A stretch of 39,122 nucleotides of DNA from an uncultured Candidatus Saccharibacteria bacterium (GTDB lineage Bacteria > Patescibacteriota > Minisyncoccia > Phycocordibacterales > Phycocordibacteraceae). Each line of letters begins with the position of its first letter. Position 1 is the stretch's first letter. The stretch covers positions 17,176 through 56,297 of the forward strand of contig CAYHMS010000001.1 of NCBI GenBank assembly GCA_964357805.1. Reading direction: 5' to 3'. A program made the position numbers and the translations under genes. The notes beneath the pieces are model-generated. The model did not search any database, had not been told where the DNA came from, and was given only the letters and a program-made list of their open reading frames with translations. This document shows positions 23,103-31,858 of this stretch, piece by piece.

Positions 23103-24872
23103 CTACTTGATCTCCCATATTTTTTTGTAAGCCTCTTCTCCTATTTCTTTAGCGCGATGAAGTATTATTTTATTACTCCATATTGGAGCGTATCGTTCAT
23201 ATTTCTTTATGAAATCTCGCACATATGAAAGATTTTGTATCTCATTTTCAAGTTCGCCCTTTAATTTCTTAAGTTTTTTCTCTGGACTTAAATTACCTAA
23301 GCTTGAGTTTGTTCTAAAACTGATTGCAAGTAAATTACCAATATTATCAACGACTTCCAACACTTTTGGATTAGAAATTTCAACATCTGGCTTTTGAGGA
23401 TAAAAGTGCTCAATATTGTGATTCTTTCTTGAAACCTTCTGATCTGGATTAAATATATGGACTCTTTGTCCAGGATGTAAACCGAAGTTATTTATCCGAT
23501 CAAAAATATAAGAAATAAGAGGGATGTATTCCGAAGAATAATTAATATCAATGAAGCGAGATTCGAACTCTTTTTCTGTGGCAAGTCTTTTTTTCAATTC
23601 CCTAACGAGTTCATTTGTTGTATCTTCAAAGTTTTTAGATGCCTCATACTTTTTACAAAAATCAGCATAAAGTTTTTCCACTTCATTACCAATTCTTGTG
23701 CAAACTGCACTATTTATAAAATGATACTTTTCTAGAACTTCAAAGAATCCGATTAGTTTTTTCGACTTATTCTGATCAGTACCTCCTCCATTCTTTATAA
23801 AACAACGTATCGCAGCATAAATTAATGGGTAGATCTGCGAGATTTTGAATAGTCTCAATCCCTCAAGGCTTAAATGGATTTTTTCATATTTATTTTGATC
23901 TCTGGCGATCACACTACAGCCGAGGGACTCGAAGTAGTTCTTTATTGCACTTTCATCCCCTGTTCGAATAGTACTGTAATAACGAGAGAACTCATCCAAT
24001 TCTTTTACCAATTCCTCTGCTCCAATATCTGTTCCATATTTTCTAATTTTCTTATAAAGATCAGATTTTGCGACATATCCATTTCTGGCGACATAGAAAT
24101 ATTTAAACATTCTTAGAACCGTACCATCTGAATTCTCAATAATTTGTGGCCAAATTTCTTCAAGACCATCGACACCGGCTGCAAAAAGATAGTTCTTAAG
24201 TAAATCAGAGGCCTCAAGATCAACTCCACGCGCATTTGTTCTTTCAAAAATACTAAACGCTTCTACTTCATCCTGAATATCAATACGAACGGCGTAGGTT
24301 TCATAAATAGCTTCTAAAAAACTACTCAATTTTTGATGATCAAAATCTTCAATTTCTTTGTAAAAATAGTCATAGATTGGCTTTATTCTTCTAACCTGCA
24401 GTTTCACATGTTTGTTTCCGATTTTAAGAGGAAATTCTCCATTCCATTCATATTTTGAAATCTCCTCAAATACATCTTTGATTGATTCTGACGCGATTAA
24501 CCTTGGTCCGAGAGATTCGGCTGTAGCTGGATTCTCGAACATTATTTTTTGTTGAATCATTTCTGCAACGCGTCTCGTTGCTTTCTTCTTTTTCGCTAAA
24601 TTTCTGCAAGCAATAAGTAATAGGAGCAAAGTCGTCAGTCTTTGTTGACCATCAACTATTTTTATTTTTTTATTGCGTTCTTCAGAAATGTCAAAAATTA
24701 GAGTGCCTAAAAAAAGATTGCCGGTTTCGGATTCAATATAACCCTTCAAATCTTCAAAGAAATCTAGAGCTTCGGTTTTACCCCATGTATATTCTCGTTG
24801 ATATTTTGGTACGGCAAATTGAATAGAGGAATTCAGAATATCCGCAATCTTTGCTGGGTTTGGGTTTATCAT
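23103..24872 (-). CDS. DUF262 + DUF1524 protein (GmrSD-like type IV restriction enzyme family)
   Basis: N-terminal FAVPKYQREYTW and IVDGQQRLTT (ParB-like NTPase) motifs. C-terminal NIEHFYPQ...GNLLAIS...NSSLGN (His-Me finger). Low GC. Confidence 0.85.
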   Translation of the reverse strand: MINPNPAKIADILNSSIQFAVPKYQREYTWGKTEALDFFEDLKGYIESETGNLFLGTLIFDISEERNKKIKIVDGQQRLTTLLLLLIACRNLAKKKKATRRVAEMIQQKIMFENPATAESLGPRLIASESIKDVFEEISKYEWNGEFPLKIGNKHVKLQVRRIKPIYDYFYKEIEDFDHQKLSSFLEAIYETYAVRIDIQDEVEAFSIFERTNARGVDLEASDLLKNYLFAAGVDGLEEIWPQIIENSDGTVLRMFKYFYVARNGYVAKSDLYKKIRKYGTDIGAEELVKELDEFSRYYSTIRTGDESAIKNYFESLGCSVIARDQNKYEKIHLSLEGLRLFKISQIYPLIYAAIRCFIKNGGGTDQNKSKKLIGFFEVLEKYHFINSAVCTRIGNEVEKLYADFCKKYEASKNFEDTTNELVRELKKRLATEKEFESRFIDINYSSEYIPLISYIFDRINNFGLHPGQRVHIFNPDQKVSRKNHNIEHFYPQKPDVEISNPKVLEVVDNIGNLLAISFRTNSSLGNLSPEKKLKKLKGELENEIQNLSYVRDFIKKYERYAPIWSNKIILHRAKEIGEEAYKKIWEIK

Positions 24873-25021
24873 AAGCAGTTTTGCTTGTCCCCACCATTAG
24901 ATCATGTGGCGATCTGAGGCACAAGCCCTTATGCGCTGTGATCCACAGAAACAAGTTGTGTATAAAAAAGGATCTGGGATAATTTTTTATAATTACTACT
25001 CTGAGCCATGAACCAAACATT

Positions 25022-25288
25022 ATGACTGAAATAAAGATTTATACTGCGACTATTGAAGTCGTTTTTGAAGCTTACGAAAAGGAGAATCCTCGTTTAATTG
25101 CCAAACACATGGCTGAATATTTCAACTTTATGAGAGGAGCTAACTTGTACTCTTCTGGTGAACTCATCTCAGAACTCGGCTCGGTTAGACTTGTCCGGAG
25201 CGGCGGAGGGAGAACCATTTCCAAAGTATTAGGAGGAGGGAGATGGCAGAGAAGACTTGGCCGGCGAGGCGCGCGGCATCGTCTCTAG
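25022..25288 (+). CDS. Doubtful small ORF divergent from the GmrSD-like gene
   Basis: The first 55 or so codons look protein-like. The Gly/Arg-rich tail overlaps the 3' end of the convergent membrane-protein gene. Confidence 0.3.
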   Translation: MTEIKIYTATIEVVFEAYEKENPRLIAKHMAEYFNFMRGANLYSSGELISELGSVRLVRSGGGRTISKVLGGGRWQRRLGRRGARHRL

Positions 25289-25598
25289 AGAATGGAAGAA
25301 GCGAGGTGTCAACTACAGGTGTCATTGCGATAAAAATAATTGCGAGTGGTATAGCCCATACTACGAGCTTTAGCCATGATTTAAATATTTCTCGTGAGAC
25401 GAACGCAAGGATAATGACGATTGGTAGTAAGAAAAGAGAAAAATTATATAGTGGGTTTGTAAAATATGGATAGATTTGATGAACCCAAGTCGCGTAGCAG
25501 TATCCATTCGAATAAATACACCAATAACTGATCGGTGCGAAACTAAATCCTAGTAGAGTGAACAGCGCCGGAATAAATTGGATAATTTTTGTTTTCAT
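25185..25598 (-). CDS. Membrane protein (4 TM), unknown function
   Basis: 137-aa hydrophobic ORF starting 6 nt after the stop of the large hydrolase gene. Confidence 0.6.
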   Translation of the reverse strand: MKTKIIQFIPALFTLLGFSFAPISYWCIYSNGYCYATWVHQIYPYFTNPLYNFSLFLLPIVIILAFVSREIFKSWLKLVVWAIPLAIIFIAMTPVVDTSLLPFSRDDAARLAGQVFSAISLLLILWKWFSLRRSGQV

Positions 25599-25604
25599 TT
25601 TGAA

Positions 25605-28600
25605 TTAAAAGAATTTCTTCAGCGCGAACCAGAATCCATAGAGACCATTATAGACTGCTCTGCCCATCCTTGCGAAGAGCGGCTGTTGAGAAGCGGCGTT
25701 ATATACCGATGCGGTTTGCGAGAAATTAGGCATCGTGTTCGCGACGGTCGCAGGCGGTTGCAGACGCTTAGGAACGCTCTGTGTCGCTACCGGAGGCCGC
25801 AACGGGGGAGTGACCGCGATAGGAATCATTGTCGCGGGAGTATTTGTGACGGCTGGTTCAGTGATAGTCGTTTGCGCATCTACTGTGGTTACGACTGGCG
25901 CCGGAATAGCGGCGAGAGTTGACGCTCTACTGCCCCTTCTGCTGCCGCCGCTTCTGGGGCTCGCCTGTGCCGGCAATGCCGACTCCGGAGTTGGCTCGGA
26001 TTCTGAAGCAGGCGCCGGCCCTTCGACAGGCTCAGGGTCTTCGAGCGGCTCATAATTCACGGTCTCTCCGACCGTTGGAATGAGCGTGATTATATCCGTA
26101 CCATCGCCGTTTACGTCAACCGTGAGCGCTGAAGCGGTATCTATGCCGTCTGAAATAGTGAGACCAACCAGAGTGTTCGCCGTTGTTGGGACACTCGCAA
26201 TAGTACTAGAAGCGGTGATAACGCCGCCCGAGGATTCTTGTATATCGAGCGAGAAGGTCCCGCTTTCTTGCCCATGGAGCGTAAGTTCATACTGGCTGCC
26301 TTGAGGAACGGTAATATATTTCACCTCGCCGAACTCGCCGTAAACGGAGTCGGGAATGTCTTGGGTGATGGAGTTGTCCTCGGCGAGACCGGTAACATTC
26401 CCCGAAGCGTCAGTGAGTTGGAGCGTGAGCGGTGAGTGGAGGAAGAAGGTGAGTTTTTTATTTTCAGTATTTGGCGACGGCTGGCTTGTAGAAATATAAA
26501 TCGGGAGTGTGCTTGTACTGTTTTTAATAATGTTTTTTATAAAGTCCCGAAGCGACGAAATTTCCAGAATATTCTTATGGCTATATTTGATTGGAGCACC
26601 TGGTACATTATTAATCTTGGCTAAATCAACCCAATACCTTTTTACGCTCGTGCTGGATGCCATCATGAGAGCACTCGGGACGGGGACAACACCGTCGCCG
26701 TCTTCGGTAAAGAGTGGGCGATACGCGCGCATCGGCTCAAGGGCTGTGAGCGCGTTCACGGGCGGAGGCGTGTAGAAGTCAATCCCCGCGACGGTGTCGG
26801 CTCCCCAACCGGCAATCTGGCTCACTTCAATACCCTCTGGCGGCGCCCAGACATCGAGCGCGGTGTGCTGACTGTTGGCATAGTCCACAAGATTTGAATT
26901 AAGAGAGGAAGCAAGCAGGAAGTTATCAAGCTCTGTTGTGTTGTTTATGGCGGCGCCGTAGGCGCCGATTTCTTTGGCGTAGGCGTCGCCCGCGAAGGAC
27001 CCGACGGGGTGGGCCGAATCGCTTGCCGTGCTCTCCAGATAATCTTCTGACGGGAGCAGGTGATACGCCATCGGCGAATTCTGGGCAAGTTCGCGCGCGA
27101 CTGCGCTGTGCAGAATGGGGATACCCCATTTAGAAATACCCTGGTCAAGACCGTAGAGGAGAGCGCCGATGGCAACAGGCGCGCCGCTCTGCGGCGCGCC
27201 GACCATGATTATTTTATCCACTAACAACTTGGCGGTTGAACCGCCAAGTTTGTTCAGGAGCGCTTTAGCGATGAGACCGCCGTTGCTGTGCGCGACGATG
27301 GTCACCTTCTTCGTTTTTGAGCTCCCCGCGAGTGCGCGAAGCGTCTGCTCGATGTAGGGTGTGCTCGTCGCCTCTGTATAAAATATCTTGCCGTCTCGTT
27401 CGCTACCTTTGTTCAGCAAGTCACTAAAAGAAAGTCGCCAGTCATACGCGACCGGCTTCCAGTCATTGATGGTGCCGTTGGTCTCGAGCCCATTCATCTC
27501 ATCAATCAGTGATTTGTATATATTGTTGCCTTTAACCGAGTCAATAATGTCGTCCGTCTTCGCATAAATATCACTGCACACGCCCTTGCCTGTTGAATCA
27601 AGAAATAGCCTTTTCACTTTATCGTCGCCTGCGCCGCGCAAGATTTTAATAAGCGATTCGCCAACAGGGTCCCAAAGCTTCTCTTCAGCCGTCTTCCCGC
27701 ATCCGAGCCCTTCATATAATCGACTTCCCTCGATGCCGGGCAGGAAGAGGACGTTCGAGGCGCACGCTCCGGGAACTGCACAAGGGTCGGGCGGAGGAGG
27801 TTTCGGAACAGGCACGGTCAAACTTGTACCAGCAGTATTCCCCGCTTCGTCATAGACGGTGATACGAACACGAAATGATACTGCTCGCGCTATTTGTCCA
27901 GGGTCATCAGACTCGGATAACTTGATGGGTACATTTGTAAATGTACCGTCAGTCGAAGAAGCAAGCGCATCGTCGATGGGTCGCGGATTATACGCAATCA
28001 TGTCTCCGGTCAGGCGGGCATACCACGAAATCGAGTTCCCGTTTGCATCGAATAGGCCTTCAAAAAGACCCGATACTTTTAATGCGCTTCCCGTTCCGCT
28101 AGCAGACCCGCTCAAATACATATAATCGCCAGCGCGTGGCGAAGTAGTAGAGGTAGAAAAGGTTATGTTTGAGAGCGAGATTGTTGGTAGAGCGTTGTCG
28201 ACCAGAATACTCGTAGTCGCCATCGCGGTATTGCCGATCGCGTTCGTCGCGGTAATCGGAATTTCATAGAGACCATCTGGAGTGTCAGTGCTGACCGATA
28301 AAGGACCGAAGTTGTAGAAATAGGCCTGATAATACTGTGCGCCATATCCCGCCCATTGACCACTTGTCGTAGCAGACTGGGAAAGTCCGAACTGTGCAAG
28401 ATTAGCAGAGACCTTTGGCGGGGTGCCGAAATTGCTATGCACAAACACTTGGAGCGTCGGGGTATTACCGACTCGAACCGCTGTCTGTAATGAAGGATAT
28501 TGTGTGACCAACATTCCGATAAGACGTGGGCCATAAATGAATGGGTCGGGAACACTCGCATGTCCAACGAGCGGCATTCCCATAATTAGCAACATCATTA

Positions 28601-28652
28601 CTACATTGAACGTGCGAGCGCGCATTGTTTTCAACATAGCATTGACGCACAT
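25605..28652 (-). CDS. Large secreted protein: Ig-like N-terminal repeats, alpha/beta-hydrolase (PGAP1/LCAT-like lipase) domain, P/T-rich stalk, C-terminal hydrophobic tail
   Basis: Signal peptide MLKTMRARTFNVVMMLLIMGMPLVGHA, LFLPGIEGSRLYEG, and the nucleophile elbow VTIVAHSNGGLIAKALL. The track ORF runs on to 28967 by overlapping the divergent gene, so it was trimmed to ATG 28652 (28637 is an alternative). Confidence 0.8.
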   Translation of the reverse strand: MCVNAMLKTMRARTFNVVMMLLIMGMPLVGHASVPDPFIYGPRLIGMLVTQYPSLQTAVRVGNTPTLQVFVHSNFGTPPKVSANLAQFGLSQSATTSGQWAGYGAQYYQAYFYNFGPLSVSTDTPDGLYEIPITATNAIGNTAMATTSILVDNALPTISLSNITFSTSTTSPRAGDYMYLSGSASGTGSALKVSGLFEGLFDANGNSISWYARLTGDMIAYNPRPIDDALASSTDGTFTNVPIKLSESDDPGQIARAVSFRVRITVYDEAGNTAGTSLTVPVPKPPPPDPCAVPGACASNVLFLPGIEGSRLYEGLGCGKTAEEKLWDPVGESLIKILRGAGDDKVKRLFLDSTGKGVCSDIYAKTDDIIDSVKGNNIYKSLIDEMNGLETNGTINDWKPVAYDWRLSFSDLLNKGSERDGKIFYTEATSTPYIEQTLRALAGSSKTKKVTIVAHSNGGLIAKALLNKLGGSTAKLLVDKIIMVGAPQSGAPVAIGALLYGLDQGISKWGIPILHSAVARELAQNSPMAYHLLPSEDYLESTASDSAHPVGSFAGDAYAKEIGAYGAAINNTTELDNFLLASSLNSNLVDYANSQHTALDVWAPPEGIEVSQIAGWGADTVAGIDFYTPPPVNALTALEPMRAYRPLFTEDGDGVVPVPSALMMASSTSVKRYWVDLAKINNVPGAPIKYSHKNILEISSLRDFIKNIIKNSTSTLPIYISTSQPSPNTENKKLTFFLHSPLTLQLTDASGNVTGLAEDNSITQDIPDSVYGEFGEVKYITVPQGSQYELTLHGQESGTFSLDIQESSGGVITASSTIASVPTTANTLVGLTISDGIDTASALTVDVNGDGTDIITLIPTVGETVNYEPLEDPEPVEGPAPASESEPTPESALPAQASPRSGGSRRGSRASTLAAIPAPVVTTVDAQTTITEPAVTNTPATMIPIAVTPPLRPPVATQSVPKRLQPPATVANTMPNFSQTASVYNAASQQPLFARMGRAVYNGLYGFWFALKKFF

Positions 28653-28658
28653 TGAAAA

Positions 28659-28664
28659 GGTATA
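28659..28664 (-). promoter_or_regulatory. -10-like box TATACC, 6 nt upstream of ATG 28652
   Basis: Read directly from the sequence; overlaps the plus-strand TATACT. Confidence 0.35.
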
Positions 28665-28666
28665 CT
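28661..28666 (+). promoter_or_regulatory. -10 box TATACT, 7 nt upstream of ATG 28674
   Basis: Read directly from the sequence. Confidence 0.45.
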
Positions 28667-28673
28667 GTACACA

Positions 28674-30365
28674 ATGAATGTTGATGATTTGAAAACCGCG
28701 CTTGCGGGCGCGATGCACGGAGAGGTGAGCGATGATGCGGAGACGCTCGCGAAGATGAGTCGCGATACATCGCTTTTTACGCGGACGCCGGAGCTGGTGG
28801 TGTATCCCGTAGATGCGGAGGATGTAAGTGCGGTAGTGAGAGAGATTGCCCGCGCCCGCTCCGCGGGCGCGGAGGTCTCGCTCGCGGCGCGTGCCGCCGG
28901 AACCGATATGTCGGGCGGCCCGCTCACCACCAGCGTCGTCGTGGATTTCATGAAGCACATGAATCACATCGGAGAGGTGGCAGTGAGCAGGAGGCAGGAG
29001 GCAGGAGGATATGCAATAACCGAGCCGGGGGTGTTCTATAGGGATTTTGAGAAGGCGACGATGGGAAAGGGCCTCATACTTCCCTCGTATCCCGCCAGCC
29101 GCGAAATTTGTGCGATGGGCGGCATCGTGTCCAATAATTCCGGCGGCGAGCGCACGCTCAAATACGGTAAAACGGAAAAATATGTGGAGGAACTTGACGT
29201 CGTGCTCTCTGACGGCTCGTTAGCGACGTTCAAGTCGCTAACTCCGAGCGAAGTCGAGGAGCGGAAAAAACTAAATACGCTCGAAGGGAAAATCTATCGC
29301 GAGATGGACGCGCTTCTCACCGAGCATGCCGGCCTCATTGAAGGGCACCGGCCGAAAGTCTCAAAAAATTCAGCCGGCTACGCGCTCTGGAGTATTATCG
29401 ACCATGAGACTGGCACCTTCAACCTTGCGAAGCTCGTCTGCGGCTCTCAAGGAACGCTCGCGCTCTGGACAAAAGCGAAACTTGGGCTTGTAAAACCGAA
29501 AGAACACCGCGCGATGCTCGTCGCCTTTCTCTATGACGTGAACATTCTCCCCGAGCTCGTGAAGCGCGTGCTGCTCCAAAGACCAGAATCATTTGAGAGC
29601 TACGACGACCACACCTTCACGCTTGCGGTGAAATTCCTCTCCCAGATGCTCTCACAAATGGGGCTCATTAAAGCCGCTCGGCTCGGCATTGATTTTATCC
29701 CTGAAGCGGCGATGGTCGCCACCGGCGGCGTGCCCAAGATGATTCTGATGGCGGAGTTCGCCGAGGACACGATTGAAGCCGCCGACGCTAAAGCTCTGGC
29801 GGCCAAGGAGGCTCTTACGGATTTGCACGTGCAGACCAAAATAGAAAAAAATGAAAAGGAGTCGGAGAAGTATTGGATTGTCCGGCGCGAGAGCTTCAAT
29901 CTCCTGCGTAAGAATTTGCACGGCCTCGTTTCTTCACCGTTTATTGACGACTTCGTCGTGCCGCCTTCCTGTTATCCGGAATTCCTGCCGAAATTGAACG
30001 CTCTTCTGGACGAATATAAGTCCAATATGATTTACACAGTCGCAGGCCACATCGGTGACGGTAATATCCACATTATTCCGCTCATGGACCTCACTAAAGA
30101 AGAAAATCGGCAGGTCATTCTTGACCTCGCGCCGAAGGTCTACGAACTCGTTATCAAGGAAGGCGGTACCACGACCGGCGAGCACAACGATGGCATCATC
30201 CGCACGCCGTATCTGCCGATGCTCTTCGGCGCGGAGATGGTCGCGCTCTTTGAGAAGACGAAAAAGATTTTTGACTCGCTTAATATCTTCAACCCCGGCA
30301 AAAAAGTCGGCGGGACCTTCGCCGACATCAAGCGCGACCTCATCAGGCCTGCGGAAAAAACTTAA
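28674..30365 (+). CDS. FAD-linked oxidase (GlcD / D-lactate dehydrogenase-like)
   Basis: PCMH-type FAD-binding N-terminus with AARAAGTDMSGGPL and GGIVSNNSGGERTLKYG, plus an FAD-oxidase C-terminal domain. Confidence 0.85.
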   Translation: MNVDDLKTALAGAMHGEVSDDAETLAKMSRDTSLFTRTPELVVYPVDAEDVSAVVREIARARSAGAEVSLAARAAGTDMSGGPLTTSVVVDFMKHMNHIGEVAVSRRQEAGGYAITEPGVFYRDFEKATMGKGLILPSYPASREICAMGGIVSNNSGGERTLKYGKTEKYVEELDVVLSDGSLATFKSLTPSEVEERKKLNTLEGKIYREMDALLTEHAGLIEGHRPKVSKNSAGYALWSIIDHETGTFNLAKLVCGSQGTLALWTKAKLGLVKPKEHRAMLVAFLYDVNILPELVKRVLLQRPESFESYDDHTFTLAVKFLSQMLSQMGLIKAARLGIDFIPEAAMVATGGVPKMILMAEFAEDTIEAADAKALAAKEALTDLHVQTKIEKNEKESEKYWIVRRESFNLLRKNLHGLVSSPFIDDFVVPPSCYPEFLPKLNALLDEYKSNMIYTVAGHIGDGNIHIIPLMDLTKEENRQVILDLAPKVYELVIKEGGTTTGEHNDGIIRTPYLPMLFGAEMVALFEKTKKIFDSLNIFNPGKKVGGTFADIKRDLIRPAEKT

Positions 30366-30367
30366 CC

Positions 30368-30376
30368 TGCTATACT
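30368..30376 (+). promoter_or_regulatory. Extended -10 box TGcTATACT, 6 nt upstream of ATG 30383
   Basis: Read directly from the sequence. Confidence 0.5.
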
Positions 30377-30382
30377 GGAGAT

Positions 30383-30475
30383 ATGAAACGCGCACTGGCT
30401 GTCATTATCGTCGTCTTGCTTGCGCTCGGCATGATCGGTACCCTCCTGCCCGGTTTTGTCTCGAGCGGTTTTTAG
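30383..30475 (+). CDS. Candidate 30-aa membrane peptide MKRALAVIIVVLLALGMIGTLLPGFVSSGF
   Basis: Not in the supplied track because it is too short. It has a perfect leaderless promoter geometry and a single TM helix. Confidence 0.5.
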   Translation: MKRALAVIIVVLLALGMIGTLLPGFVSSGF

Positions 30476-30572
30476 TTGTCCCCACCCATTGCGCTCTCCG
30501 GGCATTTCTGGCATACTTTCTCCAACTCGCAGAGTATTAGTTTCGGCGAGGTTAATTAGTTACATCCAATAC

Positions 30573-30944
30573 ATGGACACAGCAGCATCAGGTTCGGTTC
30601 AGGGGAACAAGCTTTACGTAGGCGGCATTCCCTATCGCTCGACGGAAGACGATATGAAAAAAGCCTTTAGCGAGGCTGGCACAGTCGTATCTGCGAGCAT
30701 CATTAGCGACCGTATGACGGGTCGCTCACGCGGCTTCGGCTTCGTCGAGATGGCCACCGAGGCGGAAGCTCAGGCGGCTATCGACCGTTGGGATGGCAAG
30801 GAGATGGACGGGCGCACGCTCTCGGTCTCTTTCGCCCGCCCGCAGGGTGACCGTCCTCCGCGCCGCGAAGGCGGTTTCGGAGGCGGTGACCGCGGCGGCT
30901 ACGGCGGTGGCAACGGCGGCGGTTACGGTCGCGGCGGATATTAA
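30573..30944 (+). CDS. RRM-domain RNA-binding protein with a Gly/Arg-rich tail
   Basis: RNP2 KLYVGGI and RNP1 RGFGFVEM motifs; C-terminal GGFGGGDRGGYGGGNGGGYGRGGY. Confidence 0.85.
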   Translation: MDTAASGSVQGNKLYVGGIPYRSTEDDMKKAFSEAGTVVSASIISDRMTGRSRGFGFVEMATEAEAQAAIDRWDGKEMDGRTLSVSFARPQGDRPPRREGGFGGGDRGGYGGGNGGGYGRGGY

Positions 30945-30960
30945 TTCTTCGCCGGAATAC

Positions 30961-30992
30961 AACAACGCCCGCGCTCCCGCGCGGGCGTTGTT
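30961..30992 (+). terminator. 14-bp perfect hairpin AACAACGCCCGCGC-tccc-GCGCGGGCGTTGTT with no clear U-tract
   Basis: Starts 17 nt after the RRM gene stop, directly before the next promoter box. Confidence 0.5.
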
Positions 30993-30997
30993 GTTGG

Positions 30998-31006
30998 TGG
31001 TATAGT
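30998..31006 (+). promoter_or_regulatory. Extended -10 box TGgTATAGT, 7 nt upstream of ATG 31014
   Basis: Read directly from the sequence. Confidence 0.5.
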
Positions 31007-31013
31007 TTCTCTC

Positions 31014-31292
31014 ATGACCGACCAACCGCTCCAACCGTTCTCGCCGCCTGCCGCCCTGCTTTCGTATCTGCCGAATGGATTCTCGATGGGCGTCGCTCTG
31101 ACCTGGGTACTCTACGCGGTCTTCGCCTTCTGGGCGATTTACACAGTCGTCGCAATGTATCACTGGCTCAAGTATTCCCACGCGTCGTGGCTCGCCTTCC
31201 CCGCAATGGCGGCGCATCTCGTCATATCGTTCGCGCTCATATCCTATACGCTCTCCGGTAATGCATTCTTCCTCACCGCCTATTTGCCATGA
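31014..31292 (+). CDS. Small membrane protein (2-3 TM), unknown function
   Basis: 92-aa hydrophobic ORF with the leaderless promoter signature. Confidence 0.6.
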   Translation: MTDQPLQPFSPPAALLSYLPNGFSMGVALTWVLYAVFAFWAIYTVVAMYHWLKYSHASWLAFPAMAAHLVISFALISYTLSGNAFFLTAYLP

Positions 31293-31299
31293 ACACCGT

Positions 31300-31839
31300 A
31301 TGAAAGAATTCGAACTTGAGCCGGGCGAACATGTCGTGAAGGAGGTGCGCAAGCACTGGCTGCTTTTCATCGGCGAGCTTTTGCCATACGCAATAATTGT
31401 CATCATCCCTTTCGCTCTCCCAAAGCTCCTCCCACTCGCTCCGCCTCTTGCGCCATACGTAACATACTTTGACTATCACACGACATTTGGGCGCGTCGTG
31501 CTTGGCGTCTGGTTGCTCATTACATGGACCGGCGCATGGGGAGCTTTCACCAAATATTTCCTCAACGCGTGGATTCTCACAAGCCAACGCATCGTTACCA
31601 TAAAACAACGCGGATTCTTTAAGCGCGAGGTATCCAGTTTGCTTCTGCCGCGCGTGCAAGACGTCACGACCAATGTTACCGGAATTCTGTTCTCACTGCT
31701 CGGCATCGGCGATATAAAGGTTCAGAGCGCAGGCGCTGATGTGGAATTCACGATGCGCGGTATCCCTCATCCCGAAGTGATGCGCGATCTCATCATTAAA
31801 TACATTCCTGAAGAGAAATCCGAAAACACCGGGGTATAA
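31300..31839 (+). CDS. Bacterial PH domain (bPH_2 / YdbS-YdbT-like) membrane protein
   Basis: LEPGEHVVKEVRKHW, two TM helices, then RIVTIKQRGFFKREVSSLLLPRVQDV...IGDIKVQSAG. Confidence 0.75.
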   Translation: MKEFELEPGEHVVKEVRKHWLLFIGELLPYAIIVIIPFALPKLLPLAPPLAPYVTYFDYHTTFGRVVLGVWLLITWTGAWGAFTKYFLNAWILTSQRIVTIKQRGFFKREVSSLLLPRVQDVTTNVTGILFSLLGIGDIKVQSAGADVEFTMRGIPHPEVMRDLIIKYIPEEKSENTGV

Positions 31840-31843
31840 AATA

Positions 31844-31852
31844 TGATAAAAT
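31844..31852 (+). promoter_or_regulatory. Extended -10 box TGaTAAAAT, 6 nt upstream of ATG 31859
   Basis: Read directly from the sequence. Confidence 0.5.
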
Positions 31853-31858
31853 CGGGAA

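Noticed and set aside
19865-25604. Prophage or integrative element spanning the helicase, nucleases and GmrSD-like gene
   Set aside because: There are no integrase, terminase, capsid or tail genes. The helicase and nuclease genes have backbone GC, and only the GmrSD segment is compositionally foreign.
25605-28967. Full 1120-aa version of the large minus-strand ORF
   Set aside because: The first 105 codons are Arg/His-rich junk antisense to the well-supported FAD oxidase gene (28674-30365). A signal peptide and a -10 box support a start at 28652 or 28637.
29934-31406. Minus-strand ORFs 29934-30395 and 30726-31406
   Set aside because: They are antisense to the FAD oxidase and to the RRM and membrane-protein genes. 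They are low-complexity, Arg-rich and have no promoter signature.
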